In this document: in pieces, positions 33,901 through 46,866 of the stretch
Position numbering within the stretch: the first letter of the stretch is position 1
Layout: every line of letters starts with the position of its first letter
From: Bilabrum cf. latius
Lineage: Eukaryota
Length of the DNA stretch: 64,000 bases
Assembly: GCA_965178125.1 (NCBI GenBank)
Contig: OZ237735.1
Location: forward strand, 124,001-188,000
Reading direction: 5' to 3'
Notes under the pieces: model-generated
Told to the model about the DNA's origin: nothing
Databases searched by the model: none
Seen by the model: only the letters and a program-made list of their open reading frames with translations
Translations under genes and position numbers: made by a program

Positions 33901-36632
33901 AGGCGGAACGGCGGGTGGGCGCCTGCAACAGCGCCCTCCTCGGGTGTCTGCACGCAGCTCGCCAGCAGCAGGCAGGTGCCGCCAGTGGCGGCTCTGCGGC
34001 TTCGAACGAGACGGCTGCCCCTCTGCCCACCCTGTTGGACTCCGTGTCTGCGTGCCACGGGGAGCACATCGCGTGCGTCTCGCAGGACGTCTGCAACGAC
34101 AGAGTGGAAGCTGTGGTGGAGTCGGCCAAGCAGGGATGCCTGGATGCCATGGTGGCACTCGGGGCTCTGAACGCCAGCGCCACCTGGACCGATGCGGAGT
34201 CAATGTGCACCGCGAACGCCAGCTCCGCCCCTCGTGCCTCGGCCGCGTCGGGCCTATAGAGGGAGCTGGTGCTGCGAGTGGCCCGCGCTGGACGGTCCGC
34301 GGACGACCCCGTCCTGCGATTTGAGCCCCCGGTGAGCCCGCAGACGTCTGACTGGGCCTCGCACAGCCCCGACAAGACTGGGGAACAGCGCATGGTGATC
34401 TGGGAGACGGACGGCTACGACCGTGACGCCGATCGCATCCTGGTGGGCCTCTCTGCCCCGTCCGCTGCTTTGAAAGCCAGGCTTCGGGTGACGGCCCTAT
34501 CGTCCTTCCCAGTGCAGTCCGAGGGCAGCTTCTTGGGCGGTGATTCTGGGACCATCACGGCGGAGCAGATCCGGAGGGGCGGCCTGCAGCTCGAGCTGAC
34601 CCTGTCCTGCGACATGTTCGTGGACCCCGCAGTGCTGGCCCAAAAGGCGCGGGAGCGTGCGGGACTGGCGGCCCCGGAGGTGCTGTCCCGGGCCGAGGTG
34701 GAGGCGCGAGCGGCCAATGGGACGCTGTCGCTGACCGACCTGGACGTGATCCGCAACCAGCGCGCCATGACCTCGAGCATGCTGGTGCAGGGCATCACGG
34801 CCAGGGAGTCCTCCGCGGCGGGGTGGAATTCGCTGGCCCAGCCCGAGATCGTCTTCGGCGAGGAGGAGGCAGAGAGCACCCCCCAGGGATCGACCCCTCT
34901 GGTGCGCTTCTCCTTCGGCATGACGAGAGCCACCGTGACCCTGCCGCCAGTGCCCGGATACAACCCCAACGGGGACGAGTCACTGAGCGTGCGCATCCCC
35001 GGGCTGATGCTGCGATCGGGCGTGGACACCGTGGCCGAGGGAGCTCGCGTGACTGTTCTCTCGGACATGGCCGACTGCCGCGTGGGCGAGTGGGGCCCCT
35101 GGTCCGACTGCGACCGGGTGTGCGCCGAGGGCGAGCAAACCAGGCAGAGACAGGTGCTGCGCGCCCCGAGAGGCGTCGGGGCTGCATGTCCCGCAACGAT
35201 CGAGACCCGCACTTGCAACACATGCGACCGCTGCTCCACCCGCTAGTGCACAAATGACGGTTTCTGCATCCAGGGCCAGTGCCAGTGCAAGCCTGGATAC
35301 AGCGGTGCCGGCTGCGAGGGTCCCCCGCGCGACCCCGACGCCGTGTACTTTTACACCGTGGGCGAGTGGGGCGAGTGCACGGCGCAGTGTGGCGGCGGGC
35401 GCCAGGTGCGGCAGCTGGGCTGCATGGTGCTGGGGGCGGCGGCTGCCCCCGGCGCTGCTGCCACCTCGGCCACCCAAGTGGGTTTGGACGAGTGCACCCG
35501 TCGGCAGGACGTGGCGGGTGCCCTACCGCAGGATGAGCGCCCGTGCAACTTGTTCGCGTGCGAGGACGAGGCTCGCGTGGATGGCAGTGCAACGCTGCTG
35601 CTTCCCGCGTCTAGCTCGAGCCTCGGTCTGGGAGACGCATCGTCGAGCGACGGGCTGCTGGAGGACGTCCGCATCGACCTGAGCAGGTCTCTGTTCATCG
35701 CGCCAAGGAGGGTGCGGGTGGACTGGCTGAAGCCGGGAGACCTGCGGGAGCAGGCTGTCGATGGTGCGGATGGAGATGCCACGGAGACGGTGCTCGAGGT
35801 GCACGTGCAGTTCACGATCCTGCCGATCACGGCCATCGAGTCTGGTGAGTACGGCACCGGCTCCCAGCAGCAGGCAGCCACACCGGAGGAGCAGGACGAT
35901 GGCAACATGGAGGGCGATTCGGAGGCAGGCGGCCTGGTGTCCACCGTGGTGACTGAGCTGCTCAGGCAGACGGAGGACCCCGCCAGCGTCCTGCGCACGC
36001 GCGGCACCTACCTCCGCCGCATGGATCCGACCTCGGTGGAGCTCCAGGCGAGGCAAGGGGTGGCTGGCGACCCGGTCGCACTCGAGGACCTGCCGCGGCA
36101 AGAGCAGCCCGGAGGGGGCGGTGGAGAGGGCGAACCAAGCCCATCCCCGTCTCCTGGGCCCGGGCCCGGCCCTTCCACCAGCCAGTCCCCTGCACCGAAC
36201 ACGACCTCGCCTACAGACCCACTGGACGGGCTGCAGGGGCCTGGCAGCGAGGACCCGGAGGGTGGTGTCTCGAAGGGGGCGCTCGCCGGGATGGGGGCCG
36301 CCATTGCAGTGCTGGCAGTGGCTGTCGCTGGCCTCGGTGTGGCCTTCTGGATGTCACGGACGGAGGCGGGCGCGGATCCCGCCAAGATGCGCCAGTCCAC
36401 CATTGCGAGCGCGTCGAGGACCGCGCACTCCACGGGACCCGCGAGCCACCAGACCGACCAGGTGAATCCCGTGTACCGAGTGAGCGGGGAGCATGAGCCC
36501 TCCTCAGGGCCTACCATCGCCGTGCAGCAGCATGACGATGAAACAGGCGTGCAGCATGCGCGGCAACTGAGGATCGGGTCTATGGCTGGCTTGGCGCCGG
36601 GAGTGGAAGCGCCACACGCTGGAGTAGTTTGA
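27948..36632 (+). CDS. Large (about 2,800 aa) type I membrane surface protein with TSP1 repeats, an EGF domain, a PPC-like and a SEA-like region; introns 28492-28586 and 28998-29118
   Basis: Signal peptide; TSP1 motifs (EWSACSAACG, WRPCDVECG, WGACSEPCGGG, WRACSRQCG, WGPWSDCDRVC, WGECTAQCGGG); EGF CSTR*CTNDGFCIQGQCQCKPGYSGAGC; GDADLFV; Pro/Ser stalk and TM near the C-terminus. Seven TAG; TGA stop. Confidence 0.85.
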
Positions 36633-36713
36633 CACATCTTTTCTACTGCAATTGTACTGAGAAGAAGATCCTTCGCTCGACTGAGATTGTTGATCTTGAT
36701 TTATCACAGTAAG

Positions 36714-39700
36714 TCACCCGAGAAACCCAACAGCGTCCGTCATTCCGGTGGCCATTTCGTCCTCGCCGCTGCCCTCTGAATCACCGCCGTGCGACCGCCC
36801 GCTGCTACCAAAGTCTGCACTACCGCGGCAGAACAAAACCCCGGGCACACTCGGCACCACGTCAGCTGTGATGCTCGTGGCAGCACCACTGGGCGTCGCG
36901 CCGCTCGTTTCCCCGAATCGCCCCCTCGCCACGAGATCGAGGGACACTGCGTCGGCAGCAAGCCGCCCCAGCACGCCGGCCGTGAATCGCTGTCGCCTCC
37001 CCGCGGGCATTCGCTGTGCTTCACTTGACACCCTCTCCCACTCCGCATCGAAGCAGACGCGCTGCGCCTCCAGCAAGTCCAGCCTGCTCCTGCCACGAGC
37101 CGCCACTGCATTGGCCCCGATCCCGCCGCCCAGCACGGACTGAAGCCCACCCTTTCGCCCGGGCCCGCACAGCCAAGCAGGCTCGGCCGCAGCTGCCTGG
37201 GCCAAGCACCCCAGCACGTGCGGCAGGTTGACCACGCCCGTGCTGCGGCCCGCCGCCGAGCTCGCGTCGTCTTCTGCCATGCCTTCCAGAGAGCTCCCGT
37301 CGTACTGCCCCCCAGCTGTGGAGCTGGGGGCAGAAGGGTCCCCGCGGCTACCCCCAGCAGGGATGGACTGCGGAGGACCCAGCGAGAGGGCAACCGAGCG
37401 CCCACCCGCCGTGGAGCGCCCCCCGGTCCCCCGTGATCCTGATCCCGCGGCGCCCTTACCCTTGCCTCTGGCCTTCTTCTGGGTGACCGCCACCAGCAAA
37501 GAGTCGGCGGAGAAGGCAAACCACAGAGCATCTCGAATGGCGGCGATGTCCCTGGCGTACTCCCTGCTGCCCGCAGCACCGCTCAACAGAGGCGCCACCT
37601 GCTGCGACGAAGCAGAGGCCCCGCCGCCGCCCCTGCCTCCTTGCACAGGCACCGCGTCATCCACACGCGCGAGGAGAGGCGCAGCCAGGGCGGCCGCTCC
37701 CCCCTTGGCAGACTGCATCGCCCGTGCAGCTGCATCGGCGGCTTCTTGGTCCGGACTCCGGAGGCAGCACCAGCGCAGGGGCCCGGCGGGCAGCACGGCT
37801 GTGGCCGCCTCATCGACGCTGGGCCGCGCCGGGGAGCTGGCAGCGCCGGAGGCAGCCGATCCATCGCTTCCCCTGGTCCTCGCGCTGGCCCTGCCTGCAG
37901 CTTCTGTGAATGCCTGCCTCGCGGTGCTGTCCTGCACCTGTACCCACAACGGAATAGCGTCCCATTCTGGCCGAGGAACAGCCGCAATGAGCCGAGAGGG
38001 CGGGGTGCTGCCATTGCCACTCGCACCGTATCCCGCACCCAATGATAGAGCGTCATCGCTTGCCTCTGTCTCCGGGGGCCTTGAGGTGGCCAGCAGCAGG
38101 GCGGCTTGCTGCGTGGCAGCCAGCGCAAGGGCGCCTGCCTCCCTTGGGCAAAGCTGCAGGCACAGCTGGCACACCATGGCCTGCAGACCCGCGGCGCCCA
38201 GCAGAGCCGACTTTCCCGCTTCGAACCGCCGGCGGGCGCGTCGACTGCGACCGGGCTGCGGCAGCTCCTCGACCAGAGACAGCCGGTCACCCACGGCACC
38301 CCCCTGCACCGCGGCCATCACGCCAGCCGCGAGGGATGCGATGGATGCACGGGCCTGCGAGCCGGAAGCCACGCCCTGGGAGCCTGCCAGCACGCGGCCC
38401 AGCGAGTCCCAGGCCCCCGCCCCACCCCGCAGGAACGTGCCTCTCCTGGCACACTGCTGCAGGCCGAGCTGCAGCGCCCGCGCGGCGAATGCCTCGGGGG
38501 AGGGCGCCCTGGTCTCGTCATGCACGCCCAGGCCTCCGCCCCCGCTGCGCCTGCTCTCGATGTCGCTCGTGCTGAAACCGTCTTCCATGGATGAGCCGCC
38601 GCCAAGCTCGCTCGAGAGCCCACCCACGACCCCGCTCCCGTCCGGGCTCGTGCTGCCGCCCCTCGCCCCACCGAATGCGCTGTCGCTGCCGAACGACGAC
38701 AGGCGCGCTGGCCGGACCCCCGTTGCACCGTCCCCGTCCCGGCCCTCGGACTGGGCCCAGTACCGCGGCGCAGCCCACTCTAGTTCCCTGGGGGGCCACT
38801 GCGCAGCCTCTCTCGCCGCCCTCACGAGCCCCAGCGACAGCGCCCTCGCGAATGCGGCCAGCACCTGAGCGGGCATCACGACGTCCCTCGGTGCCTCGAG
38901 TGCGCCCATGGGCGGGCACAGCCGGGGCCCCGCGACCCTCTCATGCTCCGAGAGCGAGTCGCCGCCGCTGTGGTGCCCCCCGGTGATCGTGGCGAGGTCT
39001 GCTTCCCTGCGCGCCTCGAGGGCAGGCTCGGCCTCGTCCTGGTGCTGCCCCGCCCGCCGCCTCAGCGCCTCGTCTCCGCCCGCCCGACGGAGCCCCTACT
39101 GGAGGCGAGGGGAGAGCTTGGGGGGAGGCGGGGCCCCAACTGCGGCCGCGGCCGCTGCGGACGCTCTCAGGTCTGTGCCTGGCGGCAGGATGGCCCGGCC
39201 CGCCTTCCGAGCCAACACCCCGGTGCGACGGGCGGCAGGCGGGAGGTCAACCGGCTCCTCTCGTCGGTCGCTCTCCAGACTGCCCCCTGCCGGCATGGGT
39301 GCCGGTGCGGGACCATCTAGCTCGCCAGAGTGTTGGCCTCCGTCCATGTCGTCCATCGAAGCAGCAGCAGCAGCAGCAGATATCCCTGTCCCTGTCCCTG
39401 TGGTAGTCCCATCCCCACCAATGCCGTCCTCTGAAGCCAATTCGGTGCTAGCGCCGGCCTGCACCCGCGCCACCGCTCGAGCAAGCGTTGAAGACAAAGC
39501 CCCGGCTCGATTTGAGACCATCGCCAGCTCCACCGCCCCAGAGGCCGGTGCACCCTCCACCTCGAGCAACCCCTCCGCACCCTCCACTACCCCCAGCCTC
39601 ACCGGTTGCATGGCCACAAGCAGCGCCTCCTCCCTCCATGCGTCCGCGGGATCCTCATCGTAGCCCGCGCTCAGTTCGTCCCCGCCCTGCCGTTCCTTGC

Positions 39701-42700
39701 TGGCAGCACGCAGCGCGTCCCATGCCCAGCCGGGGCACGTCCCCGTCTGCACTGCTGGCACCACCAGTCCCGGGGAGACGGGAGGGCCCACTCCATCCGT
39801 GGACGGCGCCGGCACGATGCGCAAGGCGTCCATTGCTTGCAGTCGAGCCCGGGCCACATCCGACTCGGACACGGACTCGTTCCTGGGACCCCCTCGGCTT
39901 CCGCGCACAACGCGCGGGCCCGGCGCCCCGCACATGCGGCGGGCGGTCTCGTGGGTCACCCCCTCGTCCAGCACGGAGCGCATGTATCGCACGGCCCGCC
40001 GCAGCTCTTTGTCCTCCGCCGACAGCCGCTACCCGACCCAGGCATCCATCGTCTCAGCGAGCATCGCCCAGCTATCGGCGGCTGCCAGGCACAGAGCGCA
40101 CGCATCCCGCATTGCCGCCGCTGCGCGCCTTGCAGCGAGAGATCCAGCCTGCAGCGCACTGCGGCGCGCCATGCCTCCAGGGGCCACGCCAAACGCAGCG
40201 TGCGCCAGCCGCTCCAGCTGGCTTACAGCCACGCGCAACGGCCCAGCAAGGAGCTGCCCCACCCGGCTACCTTGCCTGTCGCCCACGGCTCCACCATCCC
40301 CGTCCCCATCAGTGTTGCCTTCGTCGCGCGGACTCTCTGCCCGCCGAGAGGTGCCAAACGTCATGGCGCCTGCCGACAGTCCGCAGAACGGAGCTAGTCT
40401 CACCAGGACTGTCTCAGCCTCGGCACACTCGGATCGAGCGGCATCAAGGTCGGCATGCAGCGCACCCTCGAGCTCCATCTCAGCCCTCTTCTCGTCTTCT
40501 CCTTCTACTCCCACTCCTTCCAGCGGCCCGTACGCCTACCCAAAGGCTTCATCCACAGCTCCTGCAAACGAGATGCAGGCAGCGGCGCGGGCCACGTCCC
40601 CACACACCAGGGCCCCAGTTGACTGCACCGCCGCTCTGCACAGCACCGCTACGGCGCCGTCGGATGCCACCGCTCGCGCCTTCCCTCGCATCGCGTCACG
40701 CTTGGCACACGCGGCACGCCAACCCAGCCGCTCGGCCCCTTGGATCCGATCGGTGAGTGCATCTCTCCACGCCTGCAGCTCGAAGTCGCCTCGGCTGCTC
40801 CCGCGTACCAGGTCGGCGGCTGCCAGCAGCTCTCCTTGCCCCGGCCATGCCTCCATGGCCTGCCTCCGACGCCGTGCCGCCCGCTGCATGGGCCCTGCCG
40901 GTGCCTTGTTGCGCAGGGGGTGCAGGTCGGGCTTCTGCGTGGCGCTGACGTGCACTGTCTCGGGGCGGCCATCGGGCCTCTTCCTGCGCTGCGGACGAGA
41001 GGCAGTCGCGGCGAGCTGTGCGGCCGTCAGGCGGACGGATGGCTTGAGCGCGTCGGCAGCTACGGCTGGCTGTTCGCTCGGCCGAGGGTCGTCGTAGGCG
41101 CCCACGCTAGGCACGACCGAGACCGCATCTTCGCCAGCTGCCAAGGACGAGGCGGCACTGGCTTTGGAACCCGATCGGAGAGAAGCGATGCTCACGCTGT
41201 GCGCGGCCGACACTCCTTCACCCGGCCCTGCCTCGCCGTTCAACCCACCGTGTCCTTGTGCGAGCCTCGTTTGTGCACCCTCCCCATCCTCGCTATCCAT
41301 AGCATCGAGCCCACCCCCTAGCACCCCCATGGCCACCTGGAGCTCCATGGGCTTCCTCAGCTCGGTGATGAAGGAACGACTCGCCCAGCCCAGGCGCGTG
41401 GCCAGGGCGCGCGCCGCTTCCCCCTTGGCCGCGGCCATCTGCTCGCCCATCTCCGAAAAGCAGAGGCACGCCCGCACCACGTCCCCAGCCGGCCGTGCCA
41501 GCGAGGCATCCAACTCTTCAGCCCCCAGCGCACCCGCCTCTGCAGCTCGCAGCAGCTGGCTCACTAGTCCCTCGGGGCTGGCAAGGAACGAGTCCAGTCG
41601 CTGGATGGTGCTCTCGGGCTAGAGTCCCCTGAGGCGCTGCAGCAGCTCCCGGTCAGCCGCCAGCAGCGGGCTAGTGCCTCGACTTCCGTCCCCTGCCTTT
41701 GAGCCATCGACCGAGGGCCCCACGCGGACAACGGGTACGCCTGTGCTGCCTGCCGCGCCGCAGATCCAGTCCCTGCATTGCATTGCGGCGCTTATGGTGC
41801 ACTAGGTCATGGTCTCACTCGATGCCTTGTCGGCTGCCTCGTCGTCCTCAGCGTCCATATCGGCTTCAATCGAATCGCCCCCGTCGGTAGTAGCACTTCC
41901 GCCGCCCAAAGCCTGGTCCAGCACAAGCGTAGCGTCCATCTGCGTGCTGATGCGGGGGAGCCTAGACAGGAAGGCTGCTCGTTCCAAGGGATCGTCCGGC
42001 AGCCCTCCGGCGGTTGCGGCGCCCTTCCCACCCTTTGCCTTGCCCTTCGCCTTGTCCTTGCCCTTTGCCTTGCTGTCCTTGCTCTTGCTCCCGGCTGCTG
42101 CTGCTGCCTCCTCGCTAGCCCCCCCTAGCCTGTGCTCCTGCAGCTGCTGTAGCAAGCGGGCTTCAGCAGACGCAGACGGCATCGACCAAGGCCCGTCGTG
42201 GACCTCTGACCCGCTGCTCGACGCCTCTACCCTCCCAGGATCTGACGACCTTTCGCCGGCATCCATGCCTAATCGAACAATGTCCCACAGGCTAGACGCA
42301 GTTTCTCTGCCGATGGCAGCTCCTGCATCATCCGTGCCAGTGGCATTGCTGTCGTCCTCTCGCACTAGTCCCGACACACCGGCGATGGCACGACCGCTCA
42401 GAAGGCACTGGGCGATCCACTGGCAAAGATGTGCGAGGCTTTCGTCCATCTCGTCCGGCTCTGGCTCCGCGCCAGCTCCCCCATCATTCTGGCCCGCACC
42501 TGCCCCAGAGGTGCTGTCGTCCTGACCCTCCAGCTCCACCTCCTCCGTCGGCGCCTCGCTTGCGGTGGAGCCGACCGCTCCACCATTCCCAGCATCGCCA
42601 TCGGACGCGATGCGAGGAAGCCCCTGCGCTTGGGACCGCAAAAAAGATTGAATCGCCACCGCAAGTTCCTAAGGCCCCGTTCCCCCCTCGCCCCCTTCCC

Positions 42701-45700
42701 CTTGACTGTCGCCCTCGCCAGACATAGACTCGTCCCCGGCCGCCTATTCTAGCGCCTCCCATACAGCCGCAGCCGTCCTGGCGTACAATCCCACGAGGCG
42801 CGCCCCAACCTCTGCAAGTCGGTTCGTGCGATCCTCCGAATTCCTGCATTGCATCGCCGCCGCTGCCTCTCCAGCCAGTGCCCCAGCCTCCACGGCCAGC
42901 GACTGCTATGGGCTGCAGGGAAGGTCGACTAGCAGCAGCCCCCCATCCCGAGCCGCGCCCGCGCCTCCACCCCCTCCTGTTGCAGATACTGCCCTGGCAG
43001 AAGCAACGCGGGCATACAGCACCTCAACCAGCGCCGGGTGCACCTGCAGCCTGCGCACGAGTGCTATGCCGCGCTCCAGGGGTGAGAGGCTGCCCGCTTC
43101 CTCGTCCTCGGCCGAGCTGCCTCCCTTGCCTCCTCCCTTCTTGCCCTTTTCCTTGCCCTTGCCCTTGTCTTTCTCACCCTTTGATGGCTTGCCTTTCGAC
43201 TTATCCTTCCCCTTGCCCTTACCCTTGCCCTTGCTAGCCGCGCCTCCGGAAGCAGCGGCCGCAGCCTCCCTCGCGGCCGCTTGGCGCTCTTCTCGCCTCG
43301 TCGACCGCTCGTCGCAAGAGGCCAGTGCCGCTTCTAGCACACGCTCCCAGGACGGCGGGGTCCCAAACTGCCGGGAGGTGCTGCGACTGCCGGCCGCTAG
43401 CTGGTCACTCGCGTCATCGTCGTCCTGCTGTGAGGCCGAGGTGCCGCCGCCCTCCGCCTCGTCGCCCGCTGCAGGAGCAGCGACGGGCCGCAGGCACCCC
43501 GCAGCGAGCGAGCCCAGCTCAAAGAGGGAGTCTGCCGCCCTTAGCGCCACAGTGCAGTGCGCGCCGCGGCCCTCTGCCATGGCAGCCAGCTGTTGGAGCC
43601 AGGCGGGGGAGTGCGGGCCACCACGTGCAGCTGCCAGGTCTGGGTCTGGGTCAGTTGCGCTGCCTCCATGCTAGCCTGCATCACCCTCTTCTCTCTAACG
43701 CCCGCCCTCACCCTCGCCCTCACCCTCACCCTAGTTCCCAGCCCGCCTCTACTCTCCCTCGAACCACGCGATGGAGTCCTCCAGCAGGCCCCTGGCAGAG
43801 GCCACCCCCAGGCCCCACATGCTGGCCAGGCGGTTCGCCGCAGACGCCGGCGCGCTGCAGGCCGGTCCACAGCACCTGTCCAGCGCCTGCTCGGCCCACG
43901 GCGGGAGGGTCACGTTAGAGCTGGTACCATCGCCCGCAGGCCGGGGCAGGCTCGCGCCATCGACCTACAGCTGCGACCAACCGATCGCGCCGACGAGCAT
44001 TCCCCGACTCGGCATGACGCAGCTGATGTCACTCCCAAACAACTCGCTCCACGGTCCAGGCTCGGTCACCCGCAGCCTGGGCTGCAGCGAGGTGCCCCCT
44101 TCGCTCGAGTCGCTCTCGCGACTATCGAAGTCGATCTGGCGGGACACAGCTGCCAGCAGCCGACCCACGGCAGGCCCGGCCCCGCACTCCAGTTCCTCCT
44201 CGCCTGCGGTCAGGTACCCCAGGAGTGCCCTCCTTCGCACCGCCACGAGCTCTGGATCCGCCCAGCGCTCCCCCAGCACCACCCTAAGTGAGCCGCTACC
44301 TCCCGCCCCGCCTGCCTCCCGCAGCAGAGAGGCCACGACATGCAGAGGCACAGGTGCTGGCAGGGCAGCCTGTCCGCCTGGCGAGCCCGTCGGTGCCGAC
44401 AGGAACACCCGCCCCACGATCGCCTCCCGCCAAGCCGCCCAGTCCCAGACTGCCGTGCCGCCCGCCACGCCCCCTGCCGCCCGCCGGGCGTCCTCCGCGG
44501 TCCACCCGGGCGCCACCCACCCGCCGCTCGTGGCGGCACCCGCCGGCAAACGACCATTCGGCACACCTGCAAACGAAGGCAGCGCCAGCCTCCGCTGCAG
44601 CTCCACGCTGCCCCCACCGGCACCCCCGAAAGGCATCTCGAGCCTGGCCACCCCGGCCCTCTCGTACCCCCACGTGCCCCGTCCCTGCCCCGCCAGCCGC
44701 GCCCTCCTTGCAGACGCTTCCCGCCGCCTGTCCTCGAGGCGAGAGAACACCCCCGTCACGAAGGCCCGGCGGATACCCTCCCACTCCTCCGCGCTGACTC
44801 CAAGCAGCTCCTCGCTCGCCGCTTCCGCCGCCTCCTCGGACTTGCCCGCCCGCAAAAGCCGCGCCCGCTCCCGCTCCGCTGCGCCCGCGGCCGTCTGGAG
44901 ACGCCGCACGGTCTCCAGCGCAGCGGAGACGATCCCGCGAGCCGCATCCCCCGCGACAACCTCCGCCTCGGCCCTCCTCGCGGCTTCCCCCGCCTGGATC
45001 GCCTCCCGCCGGGCCCTCCTCACGGGCTCCTGCTCCTGCCACTGGCGCGCCGCCTCGGCACGCAGCTCGGCTCGCAGCCGCCCGCCCTCCGTCCGCAGCC
45101 GCGCCTCCCGCTCGGCCTCCCGCCTCCGCGCCCAGGCAACGGCCTCTCTGTCCCGTGCCGCCTCCCGTCGCCTCCTCCTCAGGTTGCTCTCGGCCTGGGC
45201 GCGGTCCGCCCGGGCCCGCACGAGAAACCCCTCCAGCGCCGCCTCCTCCTCGTCCTCCACCGCCTGACGGGCCGCGGACCGCTCCCTGGCCGCCTCCTGC
45301 ACGCGCTGCCGGGTCACCAGCTCGTGATGGCCCCGTGCCGCCTCCTGTCGGCGGGCCCTCAGTTCCTCAGCGAACCTTCGCACCCCTTCCCTGTCCATCC
45401 CTGCAGCCGCCTGTGCCGCCAACCTCTTCTTGAAGGCGACAGGGTCTTCCTGCTGTGCCCTGAGCCCGTCCTCCGCCAGTGCCCGCGCTACCTCCTCTGG
45501 ATCCGCCCCCGGCTGCGCGGCGGGTCCCCCCGGCCCCAGGGGAACCCCCTGTGCCCTGAGCCGCGCCTCGTGCTCCCTCACCCCGCCCTCCGCGTCCTGG
45601 CGGGCCTCCCGCCTGGCTGCCTCGGCCCTGAGCTCGCGGGCCCGGAGCGCCGCCAGCTCAACTCCTAGGTCTCTCCTCTTGCGTTCCTTTACGACTTCCA

Positions 45701-46481
45701 TCACCGCGTCGTGGTCCCGCTTGGACTCCTGCATGAAGGCTGTCAGGAAGGAGCGGGCCTCGCGGCGGCTCTCCTGCTGCTCCTCGCGAGCCCTCTGCCG
45801 CTCCTCATCCAGTCGCTCGATCTCAGACAGTTCTTTTTTCTTGGCACGGCGCTCGGCTCTGTGCATCTTGTCCGCGAACCTGCGCACACGGGCTTCTTCT
45901 AGCGCCCGCTTCGGCGGCACGCCTTCCTCCAGGGCCTTCACTACCTTGTCGCGCTCAGCGGTGCGCGCCCGCGCCTTAACTGCTGCACGGGAGCCCCGAG
46001 ACTGCGTCATTCGTCCCTGCGATGCTGCCAGCATGCCGACCCCGCCCCGGACGGAGGTCGCTGCTGCAGGTCTGGCACCAGACACGCTGCCAGCACGGGA
46101 GGTAACCGGGGCCTCAACGCGTTTGCCCTTTGAAAATGCACTCTCAGCTTTTGCAAGAGCTACTCCTGTCACGCGAATGGCGTGGAGCAGCTTCAATGCC
46201 GATCCACGCTGCTCCGAGGCGACGTCCAGCAGCAGCTCTCGGCTGGCTCCATCCACTCCGGCTGCCTAGAGGATGGGTAACAGCTTCTCGAAGTTCCTAA
46301 CTTTAGCGCTACTAGATTGCTTGTCGGTCAGATTGGGAAGTATCTCCTCTTCGTCGATAAAGCCAAGCTCGCAAATCAGTTTAGCAAATCGAACACCGTT
46401 CGCAAACTCGCCCGGTATACTTTGAGGGCGCACAGTCATGCCAGCGCGTTTTTTCAACCATCGGCAAAGTTCGCTTGCCAT
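36714..46481 (-). CDS. SPEF2: SPEF2/CPC1-like central-pair flagellar protein, about 3,255 aa, apparently intronless
   Basis: Eight track ORFs share one frame; I translated the gaps and found only TAG (14 in total). N-terminal CH domain MASELCRWL...FANGVRFAKLI...SSAKVRNFEKLLPIL*AAGV...EQRGSALKLL matches SPEF2, followed by coiled coil and a degenerate adenylate-kinase-like segment (CCGPACSAPASAANRLASMWGL). TGA stop. Confidence 0.8.
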
Positions 46482-46866
46482 TGCCGCCCTAGCAACAGCC
46501 CGGGGGTCTTGGTGTTGGAGGCGGCGAAAATCCATCCGTTGGGGAGGACGGATCGGCATTGTGCACGCAACTGGTGGTCTGCGGCACCGCAGGCGATACG
46601 CAGCATGTGAATGAGTTCGATCGTTTTGCGTTGGCTAATGCTTAATGCTGAATTGCCGCAATCCTCGCACGCACACGCACGGCTCCGCGATCCCTCCCCA
46701 AGTGGGCCCAAACTATGAAGCGGGCGATCCGCTGGAGAAAGGCACCCAAGCCGCACGCGGCCACGCAGGACAGCAGCGGCTCCTCCGACTCTCCTCCTAG
46801 CAAGGGGGGGGAGAGCAAGGACGAATCCACTCTCAGTCCCGGGTCACCAAGCCCCCCGCTGGCACC

